In this document: positions 1 to 15,444 of the stretch, in pieces
Numbering within the stretch: the stretch's first letter is position 1
Layout of the letters: each line of letters begins with the position of its first letter
NCBI GenBank assembly: GCA_951406725.2
Contig: OX597821.1
Span: 103,912,001-103,976,000, forward strand
Direction: 5' to 3'
Origin: Octopus vulgaris
Lineage: Eukaryota
DNA: 64,000 nt
Translations under genes and position numbers: made by a program
Notes under the pieces: model-generated
Database searches by the model: none
Seen by the model: only the letters and a program-made list of their open reading frames with translations
What the model was told of the DNA's origin: nothing

Positions 1-83
1 AAATAATCCTTTATGAAGCACAAGTTAGAATACGTTTATAAACTATGAAAGGAAAGTCACTAAAAATGGAATGAATTCGAAAT

Positions 84-249
84 GTGGCTGGGTTGTAAAG
101 AGGTTGCCTAATAACTACATGGTTTTAGGTTCAGTCCCACTGCGTGGCAACTTGGGCAAGTGTCTTCTGTTATAGCTTCGGACCGACCGCAGCCTTGTGA
201 GTGGATATGGTAGACGGAAACTGAAAGAATCTTGGTGTATATATCTCTC

Positions 250-331
<82 letters not shown>

Positions 332-955
332 TAATAAAGGGTTATTTACAACAAGTTGCTTAAAATACATACCGAAAATGTTAGAAATAGCAGCCAAATA
401 GGTTACCATTACTATTACTACAAAAATAAGTCTCCACAAACAACAGTATCTGTAACCCGTATATGGTAAAAAGAAGAAAGACAACGAAATCACACAGTCT
501 ACTTTCGATCAATTATGGACGATCGTTTCTGGATTAAATTAATTATATTTCACCCTTTATATGTATCGAATACTTTTACTCCCTTACAATGAATCTAAGA
601 AACTTCGTTTCGGTGGTACTGTTTTTGTAACTCACGTGGTGAAATTTTGGAGGGAGATACGAATTCGGTTGTCTATATAAATGTGGATATGCTGGCAGAC
701 TCATATATATATATATATATGTATATATTTGTGTGTGAGGGGTGTCTTGTGTATGTGGTTCTCCCTCATCACTGTTTGACAACCGTTGTTGGTATGTTTA
801 TATCTCCGTAACTTAGAGGTTCGGCAAAATTGACTCATGGAATAAGAACTGGCTTAAAAAGTAAGTCCTGGGGTCGATTAGTTCGACTAAAACTCCTTCA
901 AGATGTTGCTCCAGCATGGCCGTACTAAAATGACTGAAACAAGTGAAATAATATA
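84..955 (+). mobile_element. SINE family A (tRNA-like head, central microsatellite), split by (TA)n and a 330-700 insert
   Basis: Head GGTTCAGTCCCACTGCGTGGCAACTTGGGCAAGTGTCTTCT and 3' half ...GCTCCAGCATGGCC...TGACTGAAACAAGT match the intact copy at 13329-13738. Confidence 0.8.
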
Positions 956-1409
956 AGAATGTGGAGAATAAAATACAACCGGAAGTAGCATCTTTGAGTG
1001 AGCAGAGATGACCTTTAGTAAATCCAATGTACTTTATATCTAAGTACAATAACTTAAATATTTCACAGAGTAGACATTTACCAAATACATATTTGAATGT
1101 AATGATAATCTGTGGATGAAAACTGCTTAAGAACATGAAATGAAGATATTAGAAAAGAGAACAAAACTTAACCGGAATTAACCTTTTTCGATGAAAAGAA
1201 ATGACATTTACTAAATTTAATGCTTGAGTTAAACAGCAAAATGGACAGAATTAAGAAGAGTGGGAAAATGGAATTATATTTTGAAATGCAAATGATATGA
1301 TATACAAATAATTATGAATAAAGTTACGAGTTTGTACTAATGTATTGCAAGTTTGCTGACGCATTTGTTTCTAAAGGAATCTCAGTTCGCATTAGTAGAT
1401 TGCATGTGT

Positions 1410-1451
<42 letters not shown>

Positions 1452-1455
<4 letters not shown>

Positions 1456-1810
1456 TATAATCAAAAAGGGCAATAATATAGATTACTACCAGTGGCCCAG
1501 CACAAAGGACGAATTAGTCATTAGAGAAAATATTATTCATATAGAAATATAATTAAGGGCTCCTAAATAAGGATGCCAAGTGCTAGGGACACATAAAAGG
1601 GATAAATTTATCGAGAGTGAAAATCAAAAACATTTACCAATAACGATACATCCCGGACTGATCAGTTTCTACCTCTTTCTAGCAAAACAAACCGAATATG
1701 TTTGCTAAGGCCGGTTTCATCAGCGAGACGCCTAAGTTACATCGAGATGCGCAGCGCGTTAGACCATGTGTTGATCTCAACATCCTTATTTAGGAGCCCT
1801 TAATTATATT
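1452..1810 (-). mobile_element. Short PLE-like pLTR remnant in (TA)n with 30-bp inverted repeat
   Basis: Perfect IR 1546-1575 / 1781-1810 (AATATAATTAAGGGCTCCTAAATAAGGATG), TA tracts on both sides, hammerhead motif between the arms. Confidence 0.6.
1648..1731 (-). ncRNA. Type-I hammerhead ribozyme motif, GUC site, palindromic helix III
   Basis: Minus strand: GCGUCUCG-CUGAUGA-AACC..UUAGCAAA..UUUGCUAG..GGUA-GAAA-CUGAUCAG-UC-CGGGAUGU. Helix I is 8 bp including GU pairs; the helix II closure is non-canonical. Confidence 0.7.
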
Positions 1811-3639
1811 ATAATATATATATATATACACATATATATAAACATATATGACCAAAATGTACTTACGCCGCTATATTTTATATATAAAAAATACAAAAAT
1901 GGGACAAGAACACAAAACATTCAGACAGACGACACAAAGAAAACAAGGACGGATCATTCGGAGTTTTCTATCCTCAGTCGATTTCCAGATTATCTTTCGG
2001 ATGGTTATACTCGAGATTGAACTCAGTACATTTGGTTAGAGTTAAATATCTTTAATAAGAGTTTGCCTCGGCTCCACATAACTTGATGTGAAGCCGAGTG
2101 CACTTGAAGTATCGTGGTGTAAGAATCCTCACCGTTATTCGATATGATTCGGCCTCGGTTTGATAACGGGAGGCTGTGGTCAACTCATATATTCTCTTGT
2201 GGAAGCAACGTCTGAAGGTATGTGATTAACTAAGTACGTATACAAGTATATACACATGTCTCATTACAGGTGAAACTCAACATTAAATTATGAGAAAATA
2301 GGCTTTGATATGGAACAGCTTTTTGCAAGACCTGGTTCTATGATACAAACATTTTGTTTTAAAGGTCTCACGATTAAAACTTTCTACTAATTTATGTTGC
2401 AGTCATCTGCTGAATAAGGATAAATTTATCTTTCTAAATATCTAGCATGGAAACTTTGAAACGCTCCACGTGATATATTTCGAAATAAAGCAAAAATTGG
2501 TTTGTAAAAGAAAAATAAGAAGCTTTAAGCGATGAAGTGAGCCTCACTTGTATTTTTTTTTCTGATGACAACTTGAGAAACTCTTCACGATATTGCACCC
2601 TTAACGAAAGCTTCCCACTCAACGTAAACAGTTTTCAAGTATGATTTAATCGGATGTACGAGATCTCTATCGATGATATTTCTCCGATACTGTTTTGTGC
2701 TGTAGTTGTAAGGTTATACATAAAACGTTCGGGTTATCAATGTAATTCATCAAAAAGAAAAATAAGTAAATAAAAATCGAAAGATTTACGGTAAATGATT
2801 TACGGTGCCATTACGGAAAAGTACTAGCTCTAGAGAAAGATTGAATCAATAATTTAATAGCTGCGGTGAAAATATATATCCGTGTTCTTGTCGCTGTTTG
2901 ATGCCTGACATTTTTATTGGAAAGGGGAACTGTAGATTTATATTCAAACAGTTGGAGGATATCGAGAACATTCAAATAACCGTACACTATCTGACTAAAA
3001 TCAGTGATGGCTTTAGCCAAAAGTCAACATGTAGGCCTTCAAGATACCATCGCAGTTGTTGTGGTTGGTATTGTTATTACTTCGCCAAGGGCAACCTTGA
3101 TAGGGATGTAGGAATCATTGGCGTAGCTAATTAGCCCATGATATATTCATGATGACAACAGACCCTTCGTCACCCGGGTTGACACCAAAGAGTGGATATG
3201 CTTCAATTTCACAGACTCACAAAGACATCAGAAAACAGAGAAATCTGGCTGCGCGTGAACAACAATTGTCCCAAAGACCAAAAACTCGACGCATTGAAAG
3301 GACTCTTGTTGGAGGAGACATGTGATATTTAGATGAGTTTGTGTGGTTTTAATGAAACCCATTTATGTTGTGCAGGTTGTATATTTGCAGCAACTATTCT
3401 CCAATCAATGATAACAGACGATGGATAATTGTCAGCTCATTAAAGCTGTTTCTTACACACTTTTAAATTGAAGAATGAGAATATTATATAATTATAAAAA
3501 AACTGAAATCTTCTGATGAAACATAATTTTCAAGAATGCGGCAGAGATGTGGTTAACATAGTTAGACTCGACAGACTTCATCCACGTCCTTGTCGTGTTC
3601 TTGAGATATTTGTTTTTGTTTGTAAAATCATAATCTCTC

Positions 3640-4049
3640 TCTTTTACTCTTTTACTCGTTTCAGTCATTTGACTGCGGCCATGCTGGAGCAACGCCTTTA
3701 GACGAGCAAATCGACCCCGGGACTTATTCTTTGTAAGCCCAGTACTTATTCTATCGGTCTGTTTTGCCGAACCGCTAAATGACGGGGACGTAAACTCACC
3801 AGCATCGGTTGTCAAGCAAAGCTAGGGGGACAAGCACAGACACACAAACACACACACACATTCATATATACATATACATATATACGACAGACTTCTTTTC
3901 AGTTTCTGTGTACCAAATCCACCCATAAGGCATTGGTCGGCCCGGGGTTATAGCAGAAGACACTTGCCCAAGATGCCACGCAGTGGGACTGAACCCGGAA
4001 CCATGTGGTTGGTTAGCAAGCTACTTAACACACAGCCACTCCTGCGCCT
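3640..4049 (-). mobile_element. SINE family A, near full length
   Basis: Reverse complement of the 13329-13738 copy, with CA/TA centre. Confidence 0.9.
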
Positions 4050-4415
4050 GTTTCGTTTTTTTTTTTTGCAATGTTTTCATTCTCCTATAAAAAATGCGTA
4101 AGAAACAGGTGTAATGAGCTGATATTTATCAATCGTCTGTTATTATTCATTTCATTATTACACAGTAATGGGATTTACAACTTCTCGGACACCCTGAATT
4201 ATACCAACAATGTACAATTGAATGTAACGTGTACTTTGGACCAACCAGCCCCTATGCGCTAAATACTCACAGAGATGGTTTTCTCGTGTACACAACTGGA
4301 ATATTCAATTTGATACTTATTAAATATAGGCCCGAACCACAGGTTTATCCAACTCTATTTAGTGCTTATATTTTCAAGTACCGGATTCTACCTGAATCCT
4401 TATTTTAATATGTAT

Positions 4416-4448
<33 letters not shown>

Positions 4449-4469
4449 AATATATTTCAATTTATCTTC

Positions 4470-4860
4470 TATATTTTTCAGTAATTTGATTGTGGCAGCG
4501 CTTTAAAATTATTGGAGCACCGCTTTAAAAGATGTTGGTCGAAGAAATCAACACCAGGACTTATTGTCTTGTAAGCCTAATGCTTATTTTATCGGTGTCT
4601 TTCGCAGAACCGTTAAGTTACGGGGACATGCTCACACAACCATCAGTCGTCAAGCGATGTCAGAGGGACAAACACACACACACAAACGCACTCACTCACA
4701 TCTATATATACACGACGAGCTTCTTCCAATCTCCGTCTATCAAATCAACTCACAAGGCTTTGGTATAGTAGAAGACACTGCCCAAGGTCCCACTCAGTTG
4801 GACTGAACCCAGAACCATGTGGTTGGGAAGCAAGCTTTTTACCACACTACCACGCCTGCG
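4470..4860 (-). mobile_element. SINE family A
   Basis: GAAGACACTGCCCAAGG...GGACTGAACCCAGAACCATGTGGTTGG...CCACGCCTGCG. Confidence 0.85.
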
Positions 4861-4937
4861 AATTAATGAATAAATGCATGTATACATATATATTTATATA
4901 AATATATATGCATATGTATAAATATATATATATATAT

Positions 4938-6580
<1,643 letters not shown>

Positions 6581-6599
6581 TATATGCATATGTATAAAT

Positions 6600-6679
<80 letters not shown>

Positions 6680-6707
6680 CATACACAGATAGACACACAC
6701 ACACACA

Positions 6708-6763
<56 letters not shown>

Positions 6764-7225
6764 CTTCATTCATTCATGCATTCATACATGCGTACATATA
6801 AACATAGATACATACAACTTCAAATAAAACTGGAAAATGATAGATATGTATTTATGTATGCATATATATCACCACTTCTTGGCAGTCGGTGATCTATGAA
6901 GTTTTAACGGGAGTTCAGATTTACGATGTGTTTCATGAGGTTTTCCTCGCAAACTGATTTCGGTTAAGACAGGAAACTTATAAGCTTCCGAAAATTAAAT
7001 TTGAAGATTTCCATCTGGGAAACACATCATATGAAAAACCGCAGATATATTTTCTCTACGTAATAGTAATAATTCTACTTTATGTAGGAAATAAATTTTC
7101 CTGATATCGAGATAAAAAGACAGTTATATACAAAGGTAGAAACAAGAAGAGAGAGAGAGAGAAAGAAAGAGAGGGCGGGAGGAAGAGAGAGAGAGAGAGG
7201 CACAGAGGTGTCACATTTCCGTATA

Positions 7226-7510
<285 letters not shown>

Positions 7511-7769
7511 TTATCTCTCTCTCTCTCCCTCTATCTCCCCCCCTCTCTCTCCACCCCCACTCTCTCTCTATTTATCTATCCATCTATATGTGTATATTTG
7601 TATATCAATATTTGTATGCACATATATCCATATAAATTGATGTCTTATAAAGTAGAAAACTTCAGGATTACAAAGAGAAATGCTGAAACATTTCAAATTT
7701 ATAGATTATTTTTATATATGATTATATGCACATGAAAAAAAAAATACACATAAATATATGCAGTGGAAA

Positions 7770-9900
7770 GCATATAATCAAATCCCAAACCTTTCTATAA
7801 ATTTGCAAAGGATACAGCCACAATACAATATAAAATAGGACCATTTTTCCAAGGGAATGACTCAGTGACAGTGGACCCAGAAAAGATAAGTGAAATAGTA
7901 AATGAACAATTTAAAAGTGTCTTCACATCTTCCTTTGGATACATGCAGATAAAAAATCCGGCTGAAATCTTTAATAATGTTGCTCTACAAAGGAGGTGCC
8001 AGCCATCAATTACATCAACATTGAGGGGACAGCGGCCATAGATGAAATGAGCTCATGCTCCGCAACTGATCCTGTTGGCTTCCCAGCTTTCTCCTAAAGT
8101 CATGTAAACAGGCTTTAGGGATACCAGTTCAGATGTTTTTCCAAAGTTTCCTCGTAAGTGGTAAACGTCTCAAAAAGCTGAAAGAAGGCATTATATACCC
8201 TATCTACAACGGTGGAATCAGAGCAGAGGTCAAAAACTACAAGCCAATCTCTCTGACTTACATATAAGTAATGAGGGCGCGTGGCTTAGTGGTTAGGGCA
8301 TTCGGCTCATGATCGTAAGGTTGTGAGTTCGATTCCCGGCGACGCGTTGTGTCCTTGAGCAAGACACTTTATTTCACGTTGCTCCAGTCCACTCAGCTGG
8401 CAAAAATGAGTTGTACTTGTATTTCAAAGGGTCAGCCTTGTCACTCTCTGTGTCATGCTGATTATCCCCGAGAACTACGTTAAGGGTACACGTGTCTGTG
8501 GAATGCTCAGCCATTTGCACGTTAATTTCACGAGCAAGCTGTTCCGTTGATCGTATCAGCTGGGACCCTCGTCGTCGTAACCGGCGGAGTCTTTTAAGTC
8601 TTTACATATAAGTAAAGTCGGGGAGTGAATCATCAGAAAGATGTTGAAAATGTTCCTAGAAGAAAATGTCCTACTGAACAATATAAAGCATGGCTTCCGT
8701 CCTGGAAGAAGCTGCTCACACAACTTCTACAACACTATGACTGGGTTTTGAAACAGCTACTTCACTAACAGACCTCAAAGTGTTATACCTTCATTTTGCA
8801 AAGGCATTTGATAAGGTGGATCATGGCTTATGTCATAAGATGGGAGACCTTGGCATTGCTCGTAAACTGATGAGTGGCTGCATGACTTTCTTAATGACAG
8901 AAGTCAGGTAGTTGCAGCCGATAGTGCCCTTTCTGGAGAAACTCAAATTCTAAGTGGCGTCCCTCAGGTAACTCTTCTGGGATCATGACTGTTCATAATA
9001 GCCCTCTTAGATATGTCCACAGTCACTCGGAAATCCATTGTCACTAGCTGTGCCGATGATACAAAATTATTACAGGCAATAAAAAACGAAGATGACGTCG
9101 CAAGCTTACAGCATGACCTGAATGTGATATACTATTGGGCCGAAATAAACAACAGATAGCTGAATGGTGGAAAATTTCATGTACTGCACTATCAATTCAT
9201 GAATGCACTCAGGACTTGAGGACACTACAATCCCAGAGTCACAGGCAGTGAAAAACTTGTGGATCTGTGTGTGCAATGATACATAATTTTGTATGTATAT
9301 TACCAAGATGGCAGCAAAGTGCAGACAACTGGTAGGTTGGATACTGTTGACCTTCAAGACAAGAGACTGAGGAGAACCTTTATTCTCAGCCGCGAGGACT
9401 ACTGCTCCCAGTTATGGCCACCACATAGTTCCAAACTAACAGTTGAATCAGTCCAACACCACTACACTAAAATGATTGATACAATGCATCGGATAAGCAA
9501 CAGGGATAGGCTGTGAAAGCTGCAACTTTACTGCCTGGGGCGAAGCGTGAGAGATATGCAGTAATCTACACATGGAAAACTCTAGAAGGGCTAGTATCTA
9601 TTTTCGGCAAATGTTCGATCCACTCCATTGTATTGTATCAAAGAACACCATTGTATTATAAAAAATGTACTATTCACTCCATCTAAATTCAGGACCAGGT
9701 GCTGCATTAGTCTAGGGTTCAAAGGGCCAGAGCTCTTCAATGTCCTGCCACAAAAATTAAGAAATCTCCATAAGGTTGATGTCTTCAAAAAGGCACCAGA
9801 CATCTTCCTCTCCCCAATACTGGATGAACTAACAGCCCAAAATGAGGCAGACGTAGGCAGCGGAATCAAATTACCTTATACACCAAATGGGCCAATAGTC
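7770..9900 (+). pseudogene. Decayed CR1/L2-group LINE ORF2 (reverse transcriptase to 3' end), interrupted by a SINE
   Basis: Frame-broken motifs NPKPFYKFAK, NYKPISLT, HGFRPGRSC, FAKAFDKVDHG, SGVPQ, ADDTKL, GPELFNVLP. Confidence 0.88.
8272..8601 (+). mobile_element. tRNA-derived SINE family B with 14-bp TSD
   Basis: A box TGGCTTAGTGG, B box GTTCGATTCC; TSD TTACATATAAGTAA at 8258-8271 and 8602-8615. Confidence 0.92.
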
Positions 9901-10067
9901 GGCACAAAGTCACATACAGGAGTGTTGATGTGAAACATCCCAGACAGAGGAAATGAGATAGACCACGATAGTAGTCTAGCATGAGCGCAACCACATGACT
10001 GAAACGAGTAAAAGATTATATATATATACATATACATATATATATATATATACATATACATACACAT

Positions 10068-10101
<34 letters not shown>

Positions 10102-10214
10102 TTATATATTGCACACGCATATACATACGTTTATGCACCAATCTATCACATCTAGCCTCAGCGTTCTTACACACACTCACGCACATGTATGTGCGTGTGT
10201 GCATGTGTGTGTGC

Positions 10215-10430
10215 ATGTGTCTGTTTTTGTCCCACAACTATCACTCGACAACCGGTGTTCGTGCGTTTACGTCCCCGTAACACGGTGTTTTTACAAAAGG
10301 GAACGATAGGATAAGTAGTAGGCTTACAAAACAAGAAATCTTGCCGTCGATTTGTTCGAATGAAGGCTGCGCTCCAGCATGGCCGAAGTCAAGTGACTGA
10401 AACAATTTTAAAAAATAATAAATAAAAGAA
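10215..10430 (+). mobile_element. SINE family A, 3' half
   Basis: GACAACCGGTG...GTCCCCGTAAC...GCTCCAGCATGGCCGAAGTCAAGTGACTGAAAC. Confidence 0.75.
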
Positions 10431-10461
10431 TATAACGAACATATTTAATTTTACATGAGTA

Positions 10462-11377
10462 TTGTAATCCCTCGACTATCGCGGGTGTTACGATCCAAAT
10501 CCCACCGCGATAGCTAAAAATCCGCGAAGTAGAAGCAATACTCTACTGTATATTTTTGGAATTATTTTCATAATTTGTATAAACTTACTTTATTATTTGT
10601 ATATACTTCAGCTTTTATAAAGTCTTCCTATTTTCTTAGGTGCACCCGTATCTTCTCTTTTTTTGTCCCCCAAGTTTCATTTTCCCTACAGTATGTGCGA
10701 TTCTTTGTTTACTCATCTACGGTACACTACGTATTTTCTTTTATTTATAAATGTTATTTAATGTGTTATAGAGGGCAGTGCTGCACTTTATTTTTATTTA
10801 TTGATTTTCAGGCGTGAATATGCTTATTTTACCACAGGTTATTAAATTCTAAAAATATATAAATACCTATCCGCCGCAGAAGACCGTGATATTCTGAGGA
10901 GTCCCGATAAATATATTATATATATTACTAGCAGTATCGCCCGGCGTTGCTCAGGTTTGTAAGGGAAATAACTATAAAGCATTTTTAGAGAGTTATAGCC
11001 AAAAAATAGCAAAAAAATGGAAAAAAATGATGGTAAATTTTTTTTGAGATTTAAAAAAGGTGGAGTTGCGTCCCCAAGACAGTTTGCGGTTCGTGTTTCT
11101 GATTCTCGACCCCATGTCGAATTTATCGATTTTTTTCAGAACTGGGGAAACTTTTCAAAATTTTCGCTGCGTTAGTTTTGAATTATGACATTGGGCTATG
11201 TGTGTGTCAAGTTTCATCAGAATCGGTTGAAAGCCGTGGTCAGGGTGAGGGTACAAGCAAACAGACACACAGAAACACGCACAGACAAACTGCCGTTTAT
11301 ATAGAGAGAGATTCAGAAAAATCCGCGATATACTGAGGGCGTGATAGCTGAACTGCGATATGGTAAGACATTATTGT
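10462..11377. mobile_element. Non-autonomous pogo/Tigger-like DNA transposon, interrupted by a Helitron
   Basis: Degenerate TIRs GTAATCCCTCGACTATCGCGG / CTGCGATATGGTAAGACATTATTG, subterminal AAAAATCCGCGA repeats, TA flanks. Confidence 0.6.
10928..11311 (-). mobile_element. Non-autonomous Helitron
   Basis: Minus strand A|TC...GC-rich hairpin CCTGAGCAACGCCGGG...CTAG|T, no TSD; 3' end shared with 32789-33174. Confidence 0.82.
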
Positions 11378-11711
11378 ATATATGTATACAACTATAAACA
11401 CGCAAACATTCATATACCGATACTTACATACACACACGCATATATTTATACGTATATGCTTCTATCTGTATGTTTGTATTTGTATAGACATAAATTCAAA
11501 TAAAAAATAAATTGCAAAGCTGGATTACAAAGTCTAGTTTCACTTTCCTATTATCAAACCAACATGATGAAATTTAGAAGCGGGAAGTAGTGAGAAGAGG
11601 TGATAGCAGAATGAGAGTAGCAATGGAATATAGGAACAGTGAAAGAAGGAAGAGTAGCGGGGATCAGCGCTGAGTTAGTGGGTCCCATTAGAACGGGTGA
11701 AATTAAATACT

Positions 11712-12700
11712 GATTCAAATTTTGTCACAAGGCCAGCAATGTCAGGGGATAAGGTACGTCGGTTACATCGATCCTGGTTATCAACTGGTACTTATTTTAT
11801 CGACCACGAAATGATAAAAGTTAAAGTCGACCTCGGCGGTAATTTGAACGTAAATCAGACGAAATGCTGTTACGCATTTTCCCTAGTGTGCTAAGGTTTC
11901 TGTCAGTTTGCCACCTTTACGAGAATTTAAATATTCTTTCCTACTCTAGGCAGAAAGCCCGAAATTTGTGTGAAGGAGCCAGTCGATTAGGTCGACCCCA
12001 GTATGTAACTGGTACTTAATCTATCGACCCCGAAACGATGAAAGACAAAGTCGACCTCAGCGAAATTTGAACTCAGAGCGTTAAGATGGACGAAATACCG
12101 CTAAGCATTTCACCCAGCGTGCTAACGTCTCTTATTTCTTTATTACCCACAAGAGGCTAAACATAGAGGGGACAAACAAGGACAGACAAAGGGATTAAGT
12201 CGATTACATCGACCCCAGTTCGTAACTGGTACTTAATTTATCGATCCCTAAAGGATGAAATGCAAAGTCAACCTCAGCGGAATTTGAACTCAGAACGTAA
12301 AGATAGATGAAATCCGGCTAAGCATTTCGCCCAGCATGCTAACGTTTCTTATTTCTTTAATGCCCACAAGGGGCAAAATATAGAAGGGACGAATTTGAAC
12401 TCAGAACGTAACAGCAGACGAAATACCTATTTCTTTACTACCCACAAGGGGCTAAAAACAGAGAGGACAAACAAGGTGAGACAAACGGATTAAGTCGATT
12501 ATATCGACCCCACTGCGTAACTGGTACTTAATTAATCGAACGCGAACGGATGAAAGGCAAAGTCGACCTCGGCGAAATTTGAACTCAGAACGTAGCGGCA
12601 GACGAAATACCGCTAAGCATCCCGCCAGGCGTGCTATGGTTTCTGCCAGATCACCGCCTTTCCTGCCAGCTCGCCGCCTTTCCTGCCACTACGCCGCCTT
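11712..12700 (-). mobile_element. Tandem array (about 4-5 partial units) of SINE family C (Nin-like central domain)
   Basis: Repeated TTTATCGACCCCGAAAGGATGAAAGGCAAAGTCGACCTCGGCGGAATTTGAACTCAGAACGTAA-type units; three 20-bp tandem copies of the head at 12641-12700. Confidence 0.85.
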
Positions 12701-13328
12701 AGGCGAATTTAAATGTCAAAAGTAGTATTATATTTTGAAAAACGTTTGATGTATCAGACTCCATTCATATTAAGCATTGTATGTAAGAGGAGGTTTTAAG
12801 GACACTTAATTACCAGTGTAGTAGTCTCTTGAAGCTAATGAAAACGCTTCAGCTTCAGATCTCCCATAGCTGATAAAAATATGATAACACAAGAAATGAA
12901 AAGACGTTGCGGCCATTTGTGCATAACAAAGCGATGCAGAAATTGCCAACTTTCTATATTTTTCAAAATCTATTGTACATAAAGTTAGTTTAGTTGGAAT
13001 TTGAAGCCTCTGGTGACAATGCGTCAACTGTAACGAAGAGAAATTAAACATTTAGGTCTGTCAGTGATTATGGTGCTGCATTGAAGCAGTCGTCAAAACT
13101 GAAGGCAGATTCATGAACTAATCTTATAAGAATTTTATCGAGAAGACATCCACAAATTTTTAATAGACTGTGTTTGGCTTTTTGTTTTTCGCTCGATCAG
13201 TGTTATTTGATTAAATTATCTATTCTCAAACACCTTCCACATCCAGTATATGTGCGATAAATGAAAGGAAGAATAGATGAATGAAGAAAATAAAAATGTC
13301 TCGATGTTCTGAAGATGTTCGTTTCTAG

Positions 13329-13738
13329 ACGCAGGAGTGGCTGTGTGGTAAGTAGCTTGCTTACCAACCACATAGTTCCGGGTTCAGTTCCACTGCGTGG
13401 CACCTTGGGCAAGTGTCTTCTACTATAGCATCGGGCCGACCAAAAGCCTTGTGAGTGGATTTGGTAGACGGAAACTGAAAGAAGCCCGTCGTATATATGT
13501 ATATATTTATATTTGTGCGTGCATTTGTGTGTCTGTGTTTGTTCCCCCACAGCATCGCGTGACAATCGATGCTGGTGTGTCTACGTACCCCGTAACTTAG
13601 CGGTTCGGCAAAAGAGTCCGATATAATAAATACCAGGCTTACAAAGAATAAGTCCTGGTGTTGATTTCCTGAACTAAAGGCGGTGCTCTACCATGGTCGC
13701 AGTCAAGTGACTGAAACAAGTAAAAGAGTAAAAGAGTA
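13329..13738 (+). mobile_element. SINE family A, full length
   Basis: CGCAGGAGTGGCTGTGTGGTAAG...GGTTCAGTTCC...central TA/TG tract...tail (GTAAAAGA)n. Confidence 0.92.
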
Positions 13739-13740
13739 CA

Positions 13741-13910
13741 CTTGGCACAAGGTCTGAAAATTTTTGGGGAGAAGGCTGGTACTTAATTTTTCGACCCCGA
13801 AAGGATGAAAAGCAAAGTTCACCTCGGCGGAATTTGAACTCTGAACGTAAAAACAGACGAAATGCCGCTAAACATTTCGCTCGTCGTACTAACGTTTCTG
13901 CCAGGTTGCT
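13741..13910 (-). mobile_element. SINE family C
   Basis: CGACCCCGAAAGGATGAAAAGCAAAGTTCACCTCGGCGGAATTTGAAC. Confidence 0.85.
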
Positions 13911-14414
13911 GCGTTGCCGTTCTGAAGATATTGTTTCAAGTTTGTAACAGACCGACGTCAATGAGAGCGATAGACAGTGAGAAAGAGATAGTGAGAAATG
14001 GGAATCGACCCCATTAAGGGACTAGTACTTTATTTATCGACCTCAGAATAAGGAAAGACAATATCGATCTGAGTGTCTTTTGACCTCGTTTATACTTCGA
14101 GTAGAAAAAAAAAGAAAGGTAGGTGTCACTCGCCGAACAAGTATAACTTGTGGTCATAGATCAGATTCCGCCCTCTCTTAGATCCAGGGGAACAGCAGGT
14201 TGTGGCTACTGGATAGGGAAATGAATATTGATAGGGAAATGAATATTGTAGAGAAATTTAATAGCAGAAGAAGAGAAAAGAGCGAAAAGTGGTGGAAATA
14301 CAAATAGAATTGCAGAGAAACATGGAAATTCTGAAAAGCTAAGGCAATGTTGAATCTACTCAACTGTAGTGAATACCAATCTACATCCGAATCGCATTGA
14401 TTTTAGTTGGATAT

Positions 14415-14815
14415 ATATAACGTGTCCATAAATTATTTTTATAACTTCTCCCAATTAATTGTATCCGTTAAAGTTAAGTTTCATCAATCAACTTCATTGC
14501 AACCAAATGTTATTTCCCAATAAGATGGTCCGTTCCGTTGGAGATTGGATTCTGGAGAGTTTCTCAAACCGTTGGATCGGAGAAGTCGGTCCAGTTCCCT
14601 GGCTACCAAAGTCACCAGATACAACCCTTCTAAACATCTTATAGAGCTATATTGGTGACAGTATCATAAACAAAGTTTATGACCTCATTGATCTTAAGGA
14701 AAACACGCGAAGCCAAATTTATCATGTATTATGGGCGGATCCAATGCACATGGTCAGAAACTTAGCATTCTTTAGACGTGTTGCGCGCAAACACTGGCGC
14801 CCACGTTCAATATAA
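14415..14815 (+). pseudogene. Tc1/mariner-superfamily transposase remnant (DD37D/rosa-like catalytic C-terminus)
   Basis: VGDWILESFSNRWIGEVGPVPWLPKSPDTTLL resembles the RWIGR.GP..WPPRSPDL.PLD motif. Confidence 0.7.
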
Positions 14816-14928
14816 AGTCAAGGGACACCCTCAGAGATACAATCCACCACTCGAGGCAGGAATTGTATGCATGGGATTATGATCATGAGCATCATGATTC
14901 TAACCACTCAATTTTTCATTGCCGTGGA

Positions 14929-15100
14929 CAGGCGTAGCTTAGTGGTTAGGGCGTTGGGTTCATGGTTGTGAGATTGTGGTTTCGATTCATGGACCGTGCA
15001 ACGTTTTGTGTTCTAGAGCAAAACACGTCGTTCCACGTTGCTGCAGGCCACTCAGTCTCCCAGAAATGAGTAATCCTGTGATGAACCGGTGTCCTGTACA
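14929..15100 (+). mobile_element. tRNA-derived SINE family B (short)
   Basis: GGCGTAGCTTAGTGGTTAGGG...TTCGATTC...CCACTCAG...AAATGAGTAATCCTGTGATG. Confidence 0.8.
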
Positions 15101-15105
15101 GGTAT

Positions 15106-15424
<319 letters not shown>

Positions 15425-15444
15425 AATATATATATATATATATA

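Noticed and set aside
510-535. GAAACGATCGTC (minus), hammerhead helix III half
   Set aside because: No CUGANGA found upstream; at best a truncated remnant
8272-8345. tRNA gene-like A and B boxes (also 14929, 28230-28300, 35815-35880, 39568, 55885)
   Set aside because: No complete cloverleaf; most continue into SINE bodies, one with a TSD
11712-12700. CRISPR-like periodicity
   Set aside because: Units are long degenerate SINE copies without unique spacers; eukaryotic context, no cas genes
12800-13325. Coding-like minus-strand segment, also 2290-2720 and 31950-32230
   Set aside because: Probably decayed TE coding sequence, but no diagnostic motif could be read
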